From contig DBQU01000062.1 in the NCBI GenBank assembly GCA_002305765.1, positions 27,859 to 91,858 on the forward strand: DNA of 64,000 nt. The letters run 5' to 3'. The first letter of the stretch is position 1. Each line of letters begins with the position of its first letter. Under the pieces are notes generated by a model. The model did no database searches. It had not been told where the DNA came from and saw only the letters and a program-made list of their open reading frames with translations. Source of the DNA: Deltaproteobacteria bacterium UBA1386. Its GTDB lineage: Bacteria > Desulfobacterota > Syntrophorhabdia > Syntrophorhabdales > Syntrophorhabdaceae. The position numbers and the translations under genes were made by a program. Of the stretch, positions 18,421-29,422 are shown piece by piece.

Positions 18421-19601
18421 CGTTTTATCTCTTCATCCGTCAGATAACACTGCGGGTCCTCGGCCCAGAGGTTGCCCGTTGCCGCTTCGGCGCGGACGCG
18501 GAAGTTGCCGGCACAGACGTCGAGCCATCTGCACGCTGCGCAGCGGCCGACCACGTACTTCTTCTTTTCCTTGAGCTTCGCCATGACCGGGTCCGCAAGG
18601 TCCTCCCAGATCGTGCTGAAAGACCGCTCCCGGACGTTGCCGAAGCTGTGGTGCCTCCAGAACTGGTCCGCGTGGACATTTCCCTTTTCATCGATGCAGG
18701 CGATGCCGACGCCCGAAGAGTTCCCTTCGTTCATCCTGAGCAGTTCCAACACCTCCGCCGCCCTTCGCGGGTCCTCCCTGAGAAGCCTCAGATACACGTA
18801 TGGACCGTCGGCGTGGTTGTCGACGGTAAGGACCTCCGGCGATCCTCCCCTGGCAAAGAGGGCCTTCGTCCTGTCCATGATGAGGTCGACGACGCGGCGC
18901 GTCTCATCATGGGAGAGGTCCTCGCCGATGAGCTTCGATCCTCGCCCCGCGTACACAAGGTGATAGAAACAGACACGTTGAACGTTCTCTTCCTCTATGA
19001 GATCGAAGATCTTCGGTACCTCGCCGGCATTTCTCTTGTTGATCGTGAACCTGAGGCCCACCTTGATACCCGCGTCCCTCGCATTCCTGATGCCCTCCAT
19101 TGCACGCGCGAAGGCACCCTCGACCCCGCGGAAGGCGTCGTTGATCTCCGTCAGACCGTCGAGGCTGACACCGATGTAGGACAGCGAACACCGGGCGAAC
19201 ACCCGGGCCTTCTCCTTCGTGATGAGGGTACCGTTCGTCGATATGACGGCCCTGACGCCCTTTTTCACCGCGTGGTCGATGAGCTCCGGAAGGTCCTCCC
19301 TCAGCACCGGCTCCCCTCCGGAGAAGAGAATGACGGGCACACGGAAACGAGCCAGGTCATCGATGAGCGCTTTGCCCTCGTCCGTCGACAACTCGTCGCC
19401 CCTGTAATCTTCCCCCTCGGCAAAAGCGTAGCAGTGAACGCACCTGAGATTACAGCGCTTCGTTGTGTTCCACACAACGACGGGTCTCTTGTCCTTTGAG
19501 AACTGCAGAAGGTGTGACGGCAAAAGCGAAGAATCCCTGCCGTACCTCAGGGGGTCGGAGGCCTCTACGGCCCCGCAGTAGAGTTTGGATATGCCGATCA
19601 T
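18417..19601 (-). CDS. ahbC: Radical SAM/SPASM haem-biosynthesis enzyme (NirJ-like), probable Fe-coproporphyrin synthase AhbC
   Basis: ORF to 19655; preferred start ATG 19601 (MIGISKLYCGAVEASDPLRYG). Motif NTTKRCNLRCVHC and a C-terminal Cys cluster (CAACRWLDVCAGNF). Confidence 0.55.
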   Translation of the reverse strand: MIGISKLYCGAVEASDPLRYGRDSSLLPSHLLQFSKDKRPVVVWNTTKRCNLRCVHCYAFAEGEDYRGDELSTDEGKALIDDLARFRVPVILFSGGEPVLREDLPELIDHAVKKGVRAVISTNGTLITKEKARVFARCSLSYIGVSLDGLTEINDAFRGVEGAFARAMEGIRNARDAGIKVGLRFTINKRNAGEVPKIFDLIEEENVQRVCFYHLVYAGRGSKLIGEDLSHDETRRVVDLIMDRTKALFARGGSPEVLTVDNHADGPYVYLRLLREDPRRAAEVLELLRMNEGNSSGVGIACIDEKGNVHADQFWRHHSFGNVRERSFSTIWEDLADPVMAKLKEKKKYVVGRCAACRWLDVCAGNFRVRAEAATGNLWAEDPQCYLTDEEIKR

Positions 19602-19674
19602 GGTGCCCTTATTGTGAGCCGAAACGTGAAAAAAGTCAACGCCGTTGTCCCTCACCCTGTAAGGGCCCGACTTA

Positions 19675-19703
19675 TTGAAATGCGACTTTTTCTGTGATAT
19701 GCT
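19675..19703 (+). promoter_or_regulatory. Candidate promoter of tRNA-Pro
   Basis: TTGAAA (19675..19680), 17-nt spacer, TGa-TATGCT extended -10 (19695..19703). The mature tRNA 5' end lies 10 nt downstream. Confidence 0.45.
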
Positions 19704-19713
19704 GGTGGCTGAT

Positions 19714-19792
19714 CGGGGCGTGGCGCAGTATGGTTCAGCGCGCTTGCCTTGGGCGCAAGAGGCCGCTGGTTCAAATCCAGTCGCCCCGACCA
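19714..19792 (+). tRNA. tRNA-Pro (anticodon TGG)
   Basis: Hand-folded cloverleaf: acceptor CGGGGCG/CGCCCCG, anticodon stem CTTGC/GCAAG with loop CTTGGGC, T-loop TTCAAAT, encoded CCA. Confidence 0.9.
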
Positions 19793-19797
19793 GAAAA

Positions 19798-19930
19798 CCG
19801 GCTTAAACCGCTTGAACCGCTTGAACGTCCGAGGCGAATGGAGGCTTTTCACGCGGTGTTCGGTTATATCACGCGATTCTTTCCTTTTTCTTACCCTCAA
19901 ACGCTCAAGCGGTTCAAGCGATTCAAGCCG
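19798..19930. repeat. Family A hairpin element (30-nt arms of 9-nt units, about 70-nt core) at a convergent junction
   Basis: 19799..19828 and 19901..19930 are reverse complements at 27 of 30 positions. Arms are tandem CTTGAACCG-type units. Confidence 0.9.
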
Positions 19931-19935
19931 TCTTT

Positions 19936-20589
19936 CTAGTCTATCCACCTCACGAAGTTCTCAAGGTCCTCACGGGGAGAGGTGAACTCGTTGATAGGGC
20001 TTGCCAGGTCGGGATAGCCCAGAGCGGCTCCGATCACCACGTCCTTGTTGTCGGGGATGTTGAGCATGTCCTTGATATCATCCTCATAGGCGTTGATAAG
20101 CCCGATGGGGCAGGTGGAAAGGCCGAAGTTGTGGGCGATCAGGACAAAATATCCGAGGGCGATCCCGATGTCCACGAGACGGGCCTCGGAAAAGGCGTTG
20201 TCGAGGCAAAAAATGACTGCCGACGGCGCGCCGTAGAAGTTGCAGCTGCCCTCGTTGATAAACCGGTTGAACTCCTGGCCCATCTTCTCCAGGTAGGGGT
20301 TCATCAGTATGAAGGATTCAGCTCCCCTCTTGTGAAACTCAGCTGAAAGGGGCTTCACGTTCCCGGGACTGCAGGAGATCTGCTTTTCACGGTAGAGCTT
20401 CACCAGTCTGCGGCTCAGCCGTTCCTTCTCCTCACCCATGACAACGATGAATTCCCAGGGCTGGAGATTGATGGCCGACGGCGCGCGGACCACCAGGCTC
20501 AGTATCTCCTCTATCTGCTGTCTAGAGACCGCATCGGGCTTGAAGGCCCGTGCGCTCTTCCTCACTTTAATGGCTTCGATGAGATCCAT
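19936..20589 (-). CDS. Nitroreductase family protein
   Basis: ORF to 20625; preferred start ATG 20589 (MDLIEAIKVRKSARAF) with AGGAGG 9 nt upstream. Classic nitroreductase N-terminal block (RKSARAF...APSAINLQPW). Confidence 0.85.
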   Translation of the reverse strand: MDLIEAIKVRKSARAFKPDAVSRQQIEEILSLVVRAPSAINLQPWEFIVVMGEEKERLSRRLVKLYREKQISCSPGNVKPLSAEFHKRGAESFILMNPYLEKMGQEFNRFINEGSCNFYGAPSAVIFCLDNAFSEARLVDIGIALGYFVLIAHNFGLSTCPIGLINAYEDDIKDMLNIPDNKDVVIGAALGYPDLASPINEFTSPREDLENFVRWID

Positions 20590-20625
20590 GGGATCAGTCC
20601 TCCTAGTTGCCGAACCCGCCGACAC

Positions 20626-21324
20626 TCATACCGCGAATTCGGTCTCTCTTTGTGATGCCGTCACTGTCGCCCGATGAACGATCCTTCCGTACTCATTGAC
20701 GAGGATGCTATCGACAAGGTCCTTCGCTGCCCTCTCGCAGAGCCAGTCGGGCAGGCCCGACATGGCATGGATCAAAAGACACGCCCTTGTGGTCTCACTC
20801 TCGATCCTGTCCTTGTTCGATCGCTTCCAGAGCCACCGGCGGGTCAGGGCGTCCCTGTCATCCTTCACGATCACCTCACCCTTGTCTACGGCCTCCTGCT
20901 CGCCCATATCCATGGGGATGAAGGTTTCCGTGCCGGCGGCGAAGGTGAGGCTGATATTTCCGTCCACCCCGCTGATAGCGTGCCCGCTGATGGGAACAAG
21001 GTACTTGAGGGCGATCGAATTGTACAGGTCGACTATGGGGTTGAAACGCGGGAACGGTCCCCCCTTGAGGGCCCGCTTGAGAAGGGATTCTATAAAACTC
21101 GGATACTTCGTCGGGGCCATCCCCATCTTCTTGAAGGCTTCCCGCCAGGCTTTTATATTCGGATGGTCCTGCGGACGTTCAAAAGAAAAATGGACTCTCA
21201 GATCGTCAACGACCTCCTCGAGTCCATCTTCGCCGTACCTTATGTTGTCAATCTCGCAAACAACCACACCGACCTGCAATGCAGGAAAAAGGCTGAATAG
21301 CCCCTCGTCTATGGTGAAGACCAT
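20626..21324 (-). CDS. B3/B4 domain protein (Phe-tRNA-synthetase beta-subunit-like tRNA-binding fold)
   Basis: 232 aa. Blocks WREAFKKMGMAPTKYPSFIESLLKR and PRFNPIVDLYNSIALKYLVPISGH. Its start overlaps the atpC stop by 1 nt (TAATG). Confidence 0.7.
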   Translation of the reverse strand: MVFTIDEGLFSLFPALQVGVVVCEIDNIRYGEDGLEEVVDDLRVHFSFERPQDHPNIKAWREAFKKMGMAPTKYPSFIESLLKRALKGGPFPRFNPIVDLYNSIALKYLVPISGHAISGVDGNISLTFAAGTETFIPMDMGEQEAVDKGEVIVKDDRDALTRRWLWKRSNKDRIESETTRACLLIHAMSGLPDWLCERAAKDLVDSILVNEYGRIVHRATVTASQRETEFAV

Positions 21325-21725
21325 TATATTTTCTTGGACGCCACGCCTATACGGGCAATCGCCCGGAGCAATGCCATTTCCATCATCCGGTATTCCGTAT
21401 GATCATAGGCCATCGTCTTCAAAAGGGCTTCGGCACGATCCATTGCCTTCTTCGCCCGTTCAACATCTATTTCCTTCGCGGACTCCGCGGTATCTACAAG
21501 CAATGTCACCTTGTCGTCGACCACCTCGGCAAACCCGCCGCTCGATGCAATGTAGGTGGTCTCCGAACCTTTCCTGTACCGGATCTCTCCTATACGAAGG
21601 GTCGTGAGGAACTGGGTGTGGCCCGGCATGATACCGAACTCGCCCTCTGCTCCCGTGGCCTCCACCACATCGACTTCGTCCTTGACAACCGTTCTCTCAG
21701 GGGTAATTATCTCAAGGTTGAGCAT
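21324..21725 (-). CDS. atpC: F1 ATP synthase epsilon subunit
   Basis: 133 aa; MLNLEIITPERTVVKDEVDVVEATGAEGEFGIMPGH is typical of epsilon. Follows atpD. Confidence 0.95.
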   Translation of the reverse strand: MLNLEIITPERTVVKDEVDVVEATGAEGEFGIMPGHTQFLTTLRIGEIRYRKGSETTYIASSGGFAEVVDDKVTLLVDTAESAKEIDVERAKKAMDRAEALLKTMAYDHTEYRMMEMALLRAIARIGVASKKI

Positions 21726-21734
21726 AACGTTCTC

Positions 21735-23156
<1,422 letters not shown>

Positions 23157-23173
23157 CTATCTTCCTCCTTAGA

Positions 23174-24034
23174 TTATGTTCCTCGCAAGGCTTCAGCGCC
23201 ACCAACGATATCCAACATTTCGTTGGTTATACCTTCCTGTCTTCTCTTGTTGTAAACGAGGGTGAGATACCGCACCATCTCACCGCAGTTATTCGTCGCG
23301 TTCTCCATCGCGCTCATCCGGGCCGCGTGCTCCGACGTCTGGGATTCCACCAGGGCGTAGTATATCTTCGTGCTTATGTAACGGGGGATGAGGGACCCGA
23401 CGATCTCCATGCGGTCGGGCTCGCATATGTAATCGATATACTCGACATCCTCGGGCGTCTTGATGGGGATGAATTCCTCGAAGACGATCTCCTGCTTCAC
23501 CGGGGACGCGAAATACGTGTAGGAGAGGTACACCTTGTCGAACTCGCCTGTCAGGTACAGTTCTATTATCTCCTCGGCGACGGCGTCCACAAGCTCCTGG
23601 TCGACCTTCTTGATGTCGACCCAGCTCTTCACCACATCTATTCTTCTCTTGGCGAGATAATCCCGGATCTTCCGGCCGAAAACGTAGACACCCACTCTTT
23701 CATAGGTGTCGCGGTTCTGCTTCGAGAAGTTCTCCGCCGTCAGAGCCACGTTGACATTGAACCCGCCGCACAGGCCCCTGTCGGAGCCGATGGAAACGAT
23801 GAGGACCTTCTTGATCTCTTCTCTCGTCTCGAGAAGGGGATGGGCATCGACGGGCATGTTCTTGACGACACGTCCGGTCAGCTCTTCTATCTTCACCGCG
23901 TAGTCCTTGATCTTCTCGAGGTCCGTCTGGGCCCGCCTCAGTTTCGAGGCGGAAACCATTTTCATCGTCCTCGTGATCGTCTGGGTGCTGTTGACACTTC
24001 CTATCTTTCTCTTGATATCTCTTAGCGTCGCCAC
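23174..24034 (-). CDS. atpG: F1 ATP synthase gamma subunit
   Basis: 286 aa; MATLRDIKRKIGSVNSTQTITRTMKMVSASKLRRAQ is the canonical gamma N-terminus. Confidence 0.95.
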   Translation of the reverse strand: MATLRDIKRKIGSVNSTQTITRTMKMVSASKLRRAQTDLEKIKDYAVKIEELTGRVVKNMPVDAHPLLETREEIKKVLIVSIGSDRGLCGGFNVNVALTAENFSKQNRDTYERVGVYVFGRKIRDYLAKRRIDVVKSWVDIKKVDQELVDAVAEEIIELYLTGEFDKVYLSYTYFASPVKQEIVFEEFIPIKTPEDVEYIDYICEPDRMEIVGSLIPRYISTKIYYALVESQTSEHAARMSAMENATNNCGEMVRYLTLVYNKRRQEGITNEMLDIVGGAEALRGT

Positions 24035-24046
24035 TGAAAGCTCCCT

Positions 24047-25561
24047 TTAGTAGGTAAATCCTTCCTTGAACTCGTTGAGCGCCTTCGTAAGCTTCTCTTC
24101 GATCGACGCGTCGATGGCCTTCTTCTCCCCGATCTCCTGGAGGATATTGGTATACTTGGAATCCATGAAGCGCGTCAGCTCCGCCTCGTATTTCTTGAGA
24201 GCGCTCTCGGGATAGGTATCGATGAACCCGTTCGCCGCGGCGTAGAGGAGAACGACCTGTTTCTCGACGGCGATGGGAACGTACTGGCCCTGCTTGAAAA
24301 GCTCCGTCAGCCGTGAACCGCGGGCAAGGAGGGCTTGCGTGGCCTTGTCAAGGTCGGAACCGAACTTGGCAAACGCTGCCATCTCGCGGTACTGGGCCAT
24401 TTCCAGCCTCAACCTGCCTGCCACCTGCTTCATTGCCTTGATCTGTGCGTTGCCGCCGACCCTCGATACCGAGATACCGACGTTGATCGCGGGCCTGACA
24501 CCGGCGTAGAACAATTCCGGCTCAAGGTAGATCTGACCGTCGGTAATGGAAATGACGTTCGTCGGAATATACGCGGAAACGTCGCCCGCCTGGGTCTCGA
24601 TGATCGGGAGGGAGGTAAGGGACCCGCCGCCATGGGCGTCATCCCACTTCGCCGATCTTTCAAGAAGGCGTGAGTGGAGATAGAAGATGTCCCCGGGGTA
24701 CGCCTCACGTCCCGGCGGTCTCCTGAGGAGCAGCGAGAGCTGGCGGTACGCGACGGCATGCTTTGAAAGGTCGTCATACACGATGAGGGCATGTTTGCCG
24801 TTGTCCCTGAAGTACTCACCCATCGCGGTGCCCGCGAAGGGAGCGAGGAACTGGAGCGGAGCGGAGTCGCTTGCCGTCGCCGCGACGACCGTGGTGTACT
24901 CCATCGCGCCGTACTCCGTCAGCAGGTCGACGATCCTCGCCACGGAGAACCTCTTCTGGCCTATGGCCACGTATATGCAGAAGACATCCTTGCCTTTCTG
25001 GTTGATGATCGTATCGAGGGCCACGACGGTCTTTCCCGTGCCGCGGTCGCCGATGATGAGCTCCCTCTGACCCCTGCCGATGGGGATGAGGGCGTCGATC
25101 TCCTTGATGCCCGTCTGCAGAGGCTCCTTAACGGGCTGGCGCACGACGACGCCGGGCGCTATCTGTTCGACGGGCCGGAACTCTTTCGCATCGATCGGAC
25201 CTTTGCCGTCGATCGGAGTCCCGAGGGCGTCGACAACCCTGCCCACCAGGGCCTCACCGACGGGGACCTGGGCGATCTTTCCCGTTCTTTTTGCCAGGTC
25301 GCCTTCTTTTATCTTGTAGTCCTCGCCGAAGATAACGGCGCCGATGTTGTCTTCCTCAAGGTTCTGCACCATGCCGGTAATACCGTGGGGCAGCTCAAGG
25401 AGCTCGCCGGCCATGGCGTTCTCAAGCCCGTATATCCTTGCGATACCGTCGCCCACCGTCATGATGACACCGGTTTCCTGAAGGTCGATCTCCTTTTCGA
25501 AACCCGATATCTTCTGCTCTATGATCCTGCTTATTTCGTCGGCCCTGATCTCCATAGACAC
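24047..25561 (-). CDS. atpA: F1 ATP synthase alpha subunit
   Basis: 504 aa; Walker A GDRGTGKT and conserved alpha blocks. Confidence 0.98.
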   Translation of the reverse strand: MSMEIRADEISRIIEQKISGFEKEIDLQETGVIMTVGDGIARIYGLENAMAGELLELPHGITGMVQNLEEDNIGAVIFGEDYKIKEGDLAKRTGKIAQVPVGEALVGRVVDALGTPIDGKGPIDAKEFRPVEQIAPGVVVRQPVKEPLQTGIKEIDALIPIGRGQRELIIGDRGTGKTVVALDTIINQKGKDVFCIYVAIGQKRFSVARIVDLLTEYGAMEYTTVVAATASDSAPLQFLAPFAGTAMGEYFRDNGKHALIVYDDLSKHAVAYRQLSLLLRRPPGREAYPGDIFYLHSRLLERSAKWDDAHGGGSLTSLPIIETQAGDVSAYIPTNVISITDGQIYLEPELFYAGVRPAINVGISVSRVGGNAQIKAMKQVAGRLRLEMAQYREMAAFAKFGSDLDKATQALLARGSRLTELFKQGQYVPIAVEKQVVLLYAAANGFIDTYPESALKKYEAELTRFMDSKYTNILQEIGEKKAIDASIEEKLTKALNEFKEGFTY

Positions 25562-26103
25562 TACTCCTTCAGTATATTTTCCTGCAACGTGTGCAGCTGT
25601 CTTTTCACGCTTCCGTCTATTATCGTTCCCTTAATTGCAACCTTGACCCCGCCGATAAGGCTTTTGTCTTCCTGTACCGTCAGCAGGACCTCTTTCCCGA
25701 GTTTCGCCCCGAGTTCCTTCTCTATCTTCCCCTTCGCGGCATCATCCATGGGGAACGCCGTCCAAAGGGTGCCCTTGACCCTGCCTTCCTTTTCGTCGAC
25801 GAGTTCGTTGTAGACATCCCTGATCAACGATAGGTACCCCATCCTGTTCTTCTCAAGGAGCATGGTGAACATGCTGGCGAGCGGAGAGGAGACCTGAAGC
25901 GACTTGAGAACGTCGCTCAAGACCTCACGGCGCTTTTCCACCTCCACGAGGGGCAGCACGATGGCCCTTTTCAGGCGCTCTTCCTTGTCGAAGACACCAA
26001 GGATGCCTTCTATCTCAGACTGGTATTCCTTGTATTTCCCGTTCTTTTCACCCACGTTGAACAGACCTTTAGCATATCTCTTGGCAATGGATTGGCTTAT
26101 CAA
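25561..26103 (-). CDS. atpH: F1 ATP synthase delta (OSCP) subunit
   Basis: 180 aa; N-terminus [13 protein letters not shown] is typical of delta. Position between b and alpha. Confidence 0.9.
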   Translation of the reverse strand: MISQSIAKRYAKGLFNVGEKNGKYKEYQSEIEGILGVFDKEERLKRAIVLPLVEVEKRREVLSDVLKSLQVSSPLASMFTMLLEKNRMGYLSLIRDVYNELVDEKEGRVKGTLWTAFPMDDAAKGKIEKELGAKLGKEVLLTVQEDKSLIGGVKVAIKGTIIDGSVKRQLHTLQENILKE

Positions 26104-26594
26104 TTCATGCTCCTCAGTTTTACGATGAAATCTTCCACCAGACTGTCATGGTCGGACTGGGTGATCTTTTCGGTGATGAGTTTCTCCGCCTGTTCCACGG
26201 TGAGACGGGAGATCTCTTCCTTGATCCTCCGGGCCACCTCTTTGTTCTCCTGCTCTGCCGTCAGGCGGGCTTGTTCCCGTATTCTCGCAGCGAAGCCCAT
26301 GGCCTCGTCGATGATCTTCTTCTTTTCCGTTTCCGCTTCCTGCATCGTCTGCTTCTTGAAGGCCTCCATCTCGCCCTCGAGCTTGTCCATCTTCTCCTGG
26401 TACCGGGCACGCAGGGCCTGGGCCTCGCTCAAGGCCTTCTGTGTTTCCTCGAGTTGCGTCTTCACCGTCTGGTGACGCTTCCTGAGGAAACCCTTCAGGG
26501 GCTTACCGACAAAATAGATAAGTAGGCCGACCAGAACAAAGAAATTGAAGAATTTGAATATTAGACTCCAGACCGACTCGCCACCGGGTGCCAT
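26100..26594 (-). CDS. atpF: Fo ATP synthase subunit b
   Basis: 164 aa; one N-terminal TM helix followed by a long charged coiled coil. Operon position. Confidence 0.85.
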   Translation of the reverse strand: MAPGGESVWSLIFKFFNFFVLVGLLIYFVGKPLKGFLRKRHQTVKTQLEETQKALSEAQALRARYQEKMDKLEGEMEAFKKQTMQEAETEKKKIIDEAMGFAARIREQARLTAEQENKEVARRIKEEISRLTVEQAEKLITEKITQSDHDSLVEDFIVKLRSMN

Positions 26595-27019
26595 CAGATA
26601 CTCCTTTTCAAGATCTTCTGCGCCGCTTCCATGGAAAGCTTGCCGACATCGGCTCTAAGCGCGTCATAGACCTTCCTGCCTTCCACTTCTATCTCACTCT
26701 TTATCTTCGCAAGCTCTTCGGACAGTTCGCTCCTGGCCTTCTCGATCACATGCACGGCTTCCTTGTTGGCCTCCGAGATGACCGCATCCCTGCCGCCGAT
26801 GATGGGCTTTCTCTTTTCCACGAAGGAGGACTCGTAGTTCTTCTCCAGGTCTACCGTGTCCTGCTTTGCCTGTTCGACACCGTCCGTTAACCCTTTAATG
26901 GCGTTCTGGCGTTTTTCCAGGGCCCTGAGGACCGGTTTGAAAAGGATGAAGTTCAGGATAAAAAGCAGGATAAGGAAGTGAACAAACTGGTACAAAATGG
27001 TCGCATCGAAGTTAATCAT
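26594..27019 (-). CDS. Fo ATP synthase subunit b' (second b-type stalk subunit)
   Basis: 141 aa with the same architecture as subunit b (TM helix FVHFLILLFILNFILFKPVL plus coiled coil). First gene of this atp cluster. Confidence 0.8.
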   Translation of the reverse strand: MINFDATILYQFVHFLILLFILNFILFKPVLRALEKRQNAIKGLTDGVEQAKQDTVDLEKNYESSFVEKRKPIIGGRDAVISEANKEAVHVIEKARSELSEELAKIKSEIEVEGRKVYDALRADVGKLSMEAAQKILKRSI

Positions 27020-27151
27020 AGGGAACTTCCTAATTAGATTGGCGTTTAACTATCCGTAGGGTTTTAACACAATTCCCGTCGGCATTTCAATTATTTTTGT
27101 CACATATTTTCAAGAAACGCTGATTGATGTGCTTCAACCCCGATACAGCCG

Positions 27152-27964
27152 TTAATTCAAGCCGGTTATCAACTCAGACAGGCGCTCCAGATCCTCCCGC
27201 GAATAGAATTCTATAATGATCTTGCCCCTGTTCCTTCTCATTGTGATGTTCACCTTCGTCTGCAGGGCCTTGACCAGCGTCTCCTCCAGAAATGCCAGCG
27301 CGGGCTCCTTGGTAGGGGACGCCTTCCTTGCCTGTCTCTCCAGTTCCCGGACGGAAGTCCCCTCATGAAGGACCTTTTCTACAAACCTCTTCTGTTCCCT
27401 TTCACCCTTAAGCGAAAGGATGACCCGTCCGTGCCCCTGCGTGAGCTTGCCCTCCGACATGAGTTCCTTCACCCATGCGGGCAGCTTCAAGAGACGCAGG
27501 CAGTTCGTAACGGAGCTGCGGTCAACGCCCATCTTCTTCGCGATGTCCTCGTGGGTGTACGTGAATTCCTCCACGAACCGCTCGTACACCGCGGCCACCT
27601 CCAGGGGACCAAGGTCCTCTCTCTGGAGGTTCTCCATGAGGGCGATCTCCAGCGCCTCCCTGTCGTCGACATCCCGGACCATGGCCGGGACCTCCCTCAG
27701 GCCCGCCAGAATGGCCGCCCGGTAGCGCCTCTCCCCGGCAATGATCTCGTAGACGCTTCCCTTCCTCTTGAGTATGATGGGCTGGAGAAGGCCTTTTTCG
27801 CTGATGGATGCCGCCAGTTCGTCGATGCCTCTCTCATCCATCCGGATGCGCGGCTGGGCAGGGTTGGGCACGATCTGGTCGATCGCGATGAGTCGCGTCG
27901 TGCCCTTCTCCTCTATGTCCTTGAGTATGGCGGAGAGTCCTCTTCCCAGGGGGTCTTTCTTCAC
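27152..27964 (-). CDS. parB: Chromosome partitioning protein ParB
   Basis: 270 aa; LGRGLSAIL, GERRYRAA box, HTH region (HEDIAKKMGVDRSSVTNCLRLL). Confidence 0.95.
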   Translation of the reverse strand: MKKDPLGRGLSAILKDIEEKGTTRLIAIDQIVPNPAQPRIRMDERGIDELAASISEKGLLQPIILKRKGSVYEIIAGERRYRAAILAGLREVPAMVRDVDDREALEIALMENLQREDLGPLEVAAVYERFVEEFTYTHEDIAKKMGVDRSSVTNCLRLLKLPAWVKELMSEGKLTQGHGRVILSLKGEREQKRFVEKVLHEGTSVRELERQARKASPTKEPALAFLEETLVKALQTKVNITMRRNRGKIIIEFYSREDLERLSELITGLN

Positions 27965-28749
27965 GCCTCGCTCCTCTTTTCAAGAATTTCCGACGCCAGC
28001 CGGAGATAGCTCTCGGCGCCTCGTGAACTTATATCATAAAGGAGTGCCGGTTTTCCATGGCTCGGTGATTCGCTGAGCTTCACGTTGCGGGGGATGACGG
28101 TCCTGAAAACGGTGTCATTGAAGCACTTCGTGACCTCTTCCCACACCCTGAAGGAAAGGTTGTTCCTCCTGTCGAACATGGTGAGGAGTATGCCCAGGAC
28201 CTCGAGTCCGGGATTGAGCTTTCTTTGAATGATGGAAATGGTCCTCAGGAGCATGGCGAGGCCCTCGAGGGCGAAATACTCGCACTGCAGGGGTATGATG
28301 ACGCGGTCCGAAGCAGCCAGCGAGTTTATGGTGAGAAGCCCCAGCGATGGCGGGCAGTCGACGAATATGTACGAATAGGTGTCCCCCAGTTCCCCGATGG
28401 CCTTCTTCAGGGCGTACTCCCGCTCGGTCGTGTCGAGAAGCTCGATCTCCGCGCCTATGAGGTCGGGATGGGCGGGGATGATATCCAGATAAGGGACCGC
28501 GGTGGGACGGATCACCTCGGCCATCGTCTTCTCGCCGATGAGGACGCTGTAAATGTGGCCGACCACATTGTTGTAAGGAATGCCGAACCCGGACGTGGTG
28601 TTGCACTGGGAATCCATGTCGATGACGAGGGTCTTCCGTTCGGATACCGCGATGGACGCCGAGAGGTTGACAGCGGTTGTCGTCTTGCCGACCCCGCCCT
28701 TCTGGTTCGCGATGGAGATCACCATGACAGTTTCATTACCATACCACAT
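27961..28749 (-). CDS. parA: Chromosome partitioning ATPase ParA/Soj
   Basis: Deviant Walker A NQKGGVGKTT. An alternative start at ATG 28725 (MVISIANQKGG) is possible. 4-nt overlap with parB. Confidence 0.95.
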   Translation of the reverse strand: MWYGNETVMVISIANQKGGVGKTTTAVNLSASIAVSERKTLVIDMDSQCNTTSGFGIPYNNVVGHIYSVLIGEKTMAEVIRPTAVPYLDIIPAHPDLIGAEIELLDTTEREYALKKAIGELGDTYSYIFVDCPPSLGLLTINSLAASDRVIIPLQCEYFALEGLAMLLRTISIIQRKLNPGLEVLGILLTMFDRRNNLSFRVWEEVTKCFNDTVFRTVIPRNVKLSESPSHGKPALLYDISSRGAESYLRLASEILEKRSEA

Positions 28750-28758
28750 TACCGGGCA

Positions 28759-29376
28759 CTAGCAAATTTTTTTGTATATGAGAAGGCGGTAGTCCCTGGC
28801 AACCCCCGGCAATGAATAGCCGAGGCTCTTCTCCAACCTGTGGCCCGGGAAGTTCTCGTCCCGTTGTCCCTTTCCCTTGAGGACAAAAGTCAGCCCTCCC
28901 GCCGCGAGATGCCTGTTCGACGCGGCGATGACAGCCCCCGTGGTCCCGTAGGCCTTCGCGACGAGACCATCGGCATCGAGGGGGTCGATCGCCTCTATCC
29001 GTCCCCCGACGGGCCGGAGGTTGGTGAGCGAGAGGGTGCGGCGGACGTGACGCTGGAACTGGACCTTCTTGAGGCTCTTGTCGACGGCCAGGACCTCAAG
29101 GGATCCGTTGAGGATGGCCAGCGGAACGGCAAGGATGCCGGACCCCGAACCGACGTCGACGAGACGCCGCCTGTCCCCCACAAAAGCATGGAGAAAGAAG
29201 GAGTCCGCCAGGAGCTCGCGGCAGACACGCTCCATGTCCTTGAGCCCCACGAGGTTCATCCTGCTTCCCCAGCGTTCGAGCTCCTCAATGTAACGCACGA
29301 GGGACACCAACCCGGCCTCTCCGGGAGAGATGAGGAAATGCTCCAGAGTCTCGGCTATCAGTCCTTTCAGGTCCAC
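28759..29376 (-). CDS. rsmG: 16S rRNA (guanine527-N7)-methyltransferase RsmG (GidB)
   Basis: 205 aa; SAM motif LVDVGSGSGILAVPLAI. Conserved rsmG-parA-parB synteny. Confidence 0.9.
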   Translation of the reverse strand: MDLKGLIAETLEHFLISPGEAGLVSLVRYIEELERWGSRMNLVGLKDMERVCRELLADSFFLHAFVGDRRRLVDVGSGSGILAVPLAILNGSLEVLAVDKSLKKVQFQRHVRRTLSLTNLRPVGGRIEAIDPLDADGLVAKAYGTTGAVIAASNRHLAAGGLTFVLKGKGQRDENFPGHRLEKSLGYSLPGVARDYRLLIYKKIC

Positions 29377-29407
29377 GCGTTAAAGAATAGCATAATTCTT
29401 TTTCTTC

Positions 29408-29416
29408 TGTTATACT
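29408..29416 (+). promoter_or_regulatory. Extended -10 element TGtTATACT immediately upstream of the BamD::LptA ORF
   Basis: TATACT at 29411..29416 with TG at 29408..29409. Only 6 nt (AAGCCC, no SD) separate it from the ATG at 29423. Confidence 0.35.
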
Positions 29417-29422
29417 AAGCCC

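Noticed and set aside
19652-19948. 98-aa minus-strand ORF (and 19694..19939 plus strand) with periodic FKRFKRFKP / LERLE peptides
   Set aside because: It overlaps tRNA-Pro and the family A repeat. The periodic peptide is an artefact of translating 9-nt tandem units. The same applies to the small ORFs over 30954..31190, 42593..42802 and 61920..62145.
27020-29422. Search for parS (TGTTNCACGTGAAACA-like) and DnaA boxes around rsmG-parA-parB as an origin-proximal signature
   Set aside because: By eye I found no convincing full parS or clustered DnaA boxes in the flanking gaps, only a CGTGAAA half-site at about 19625. This needs a proper pattern search before any claim.
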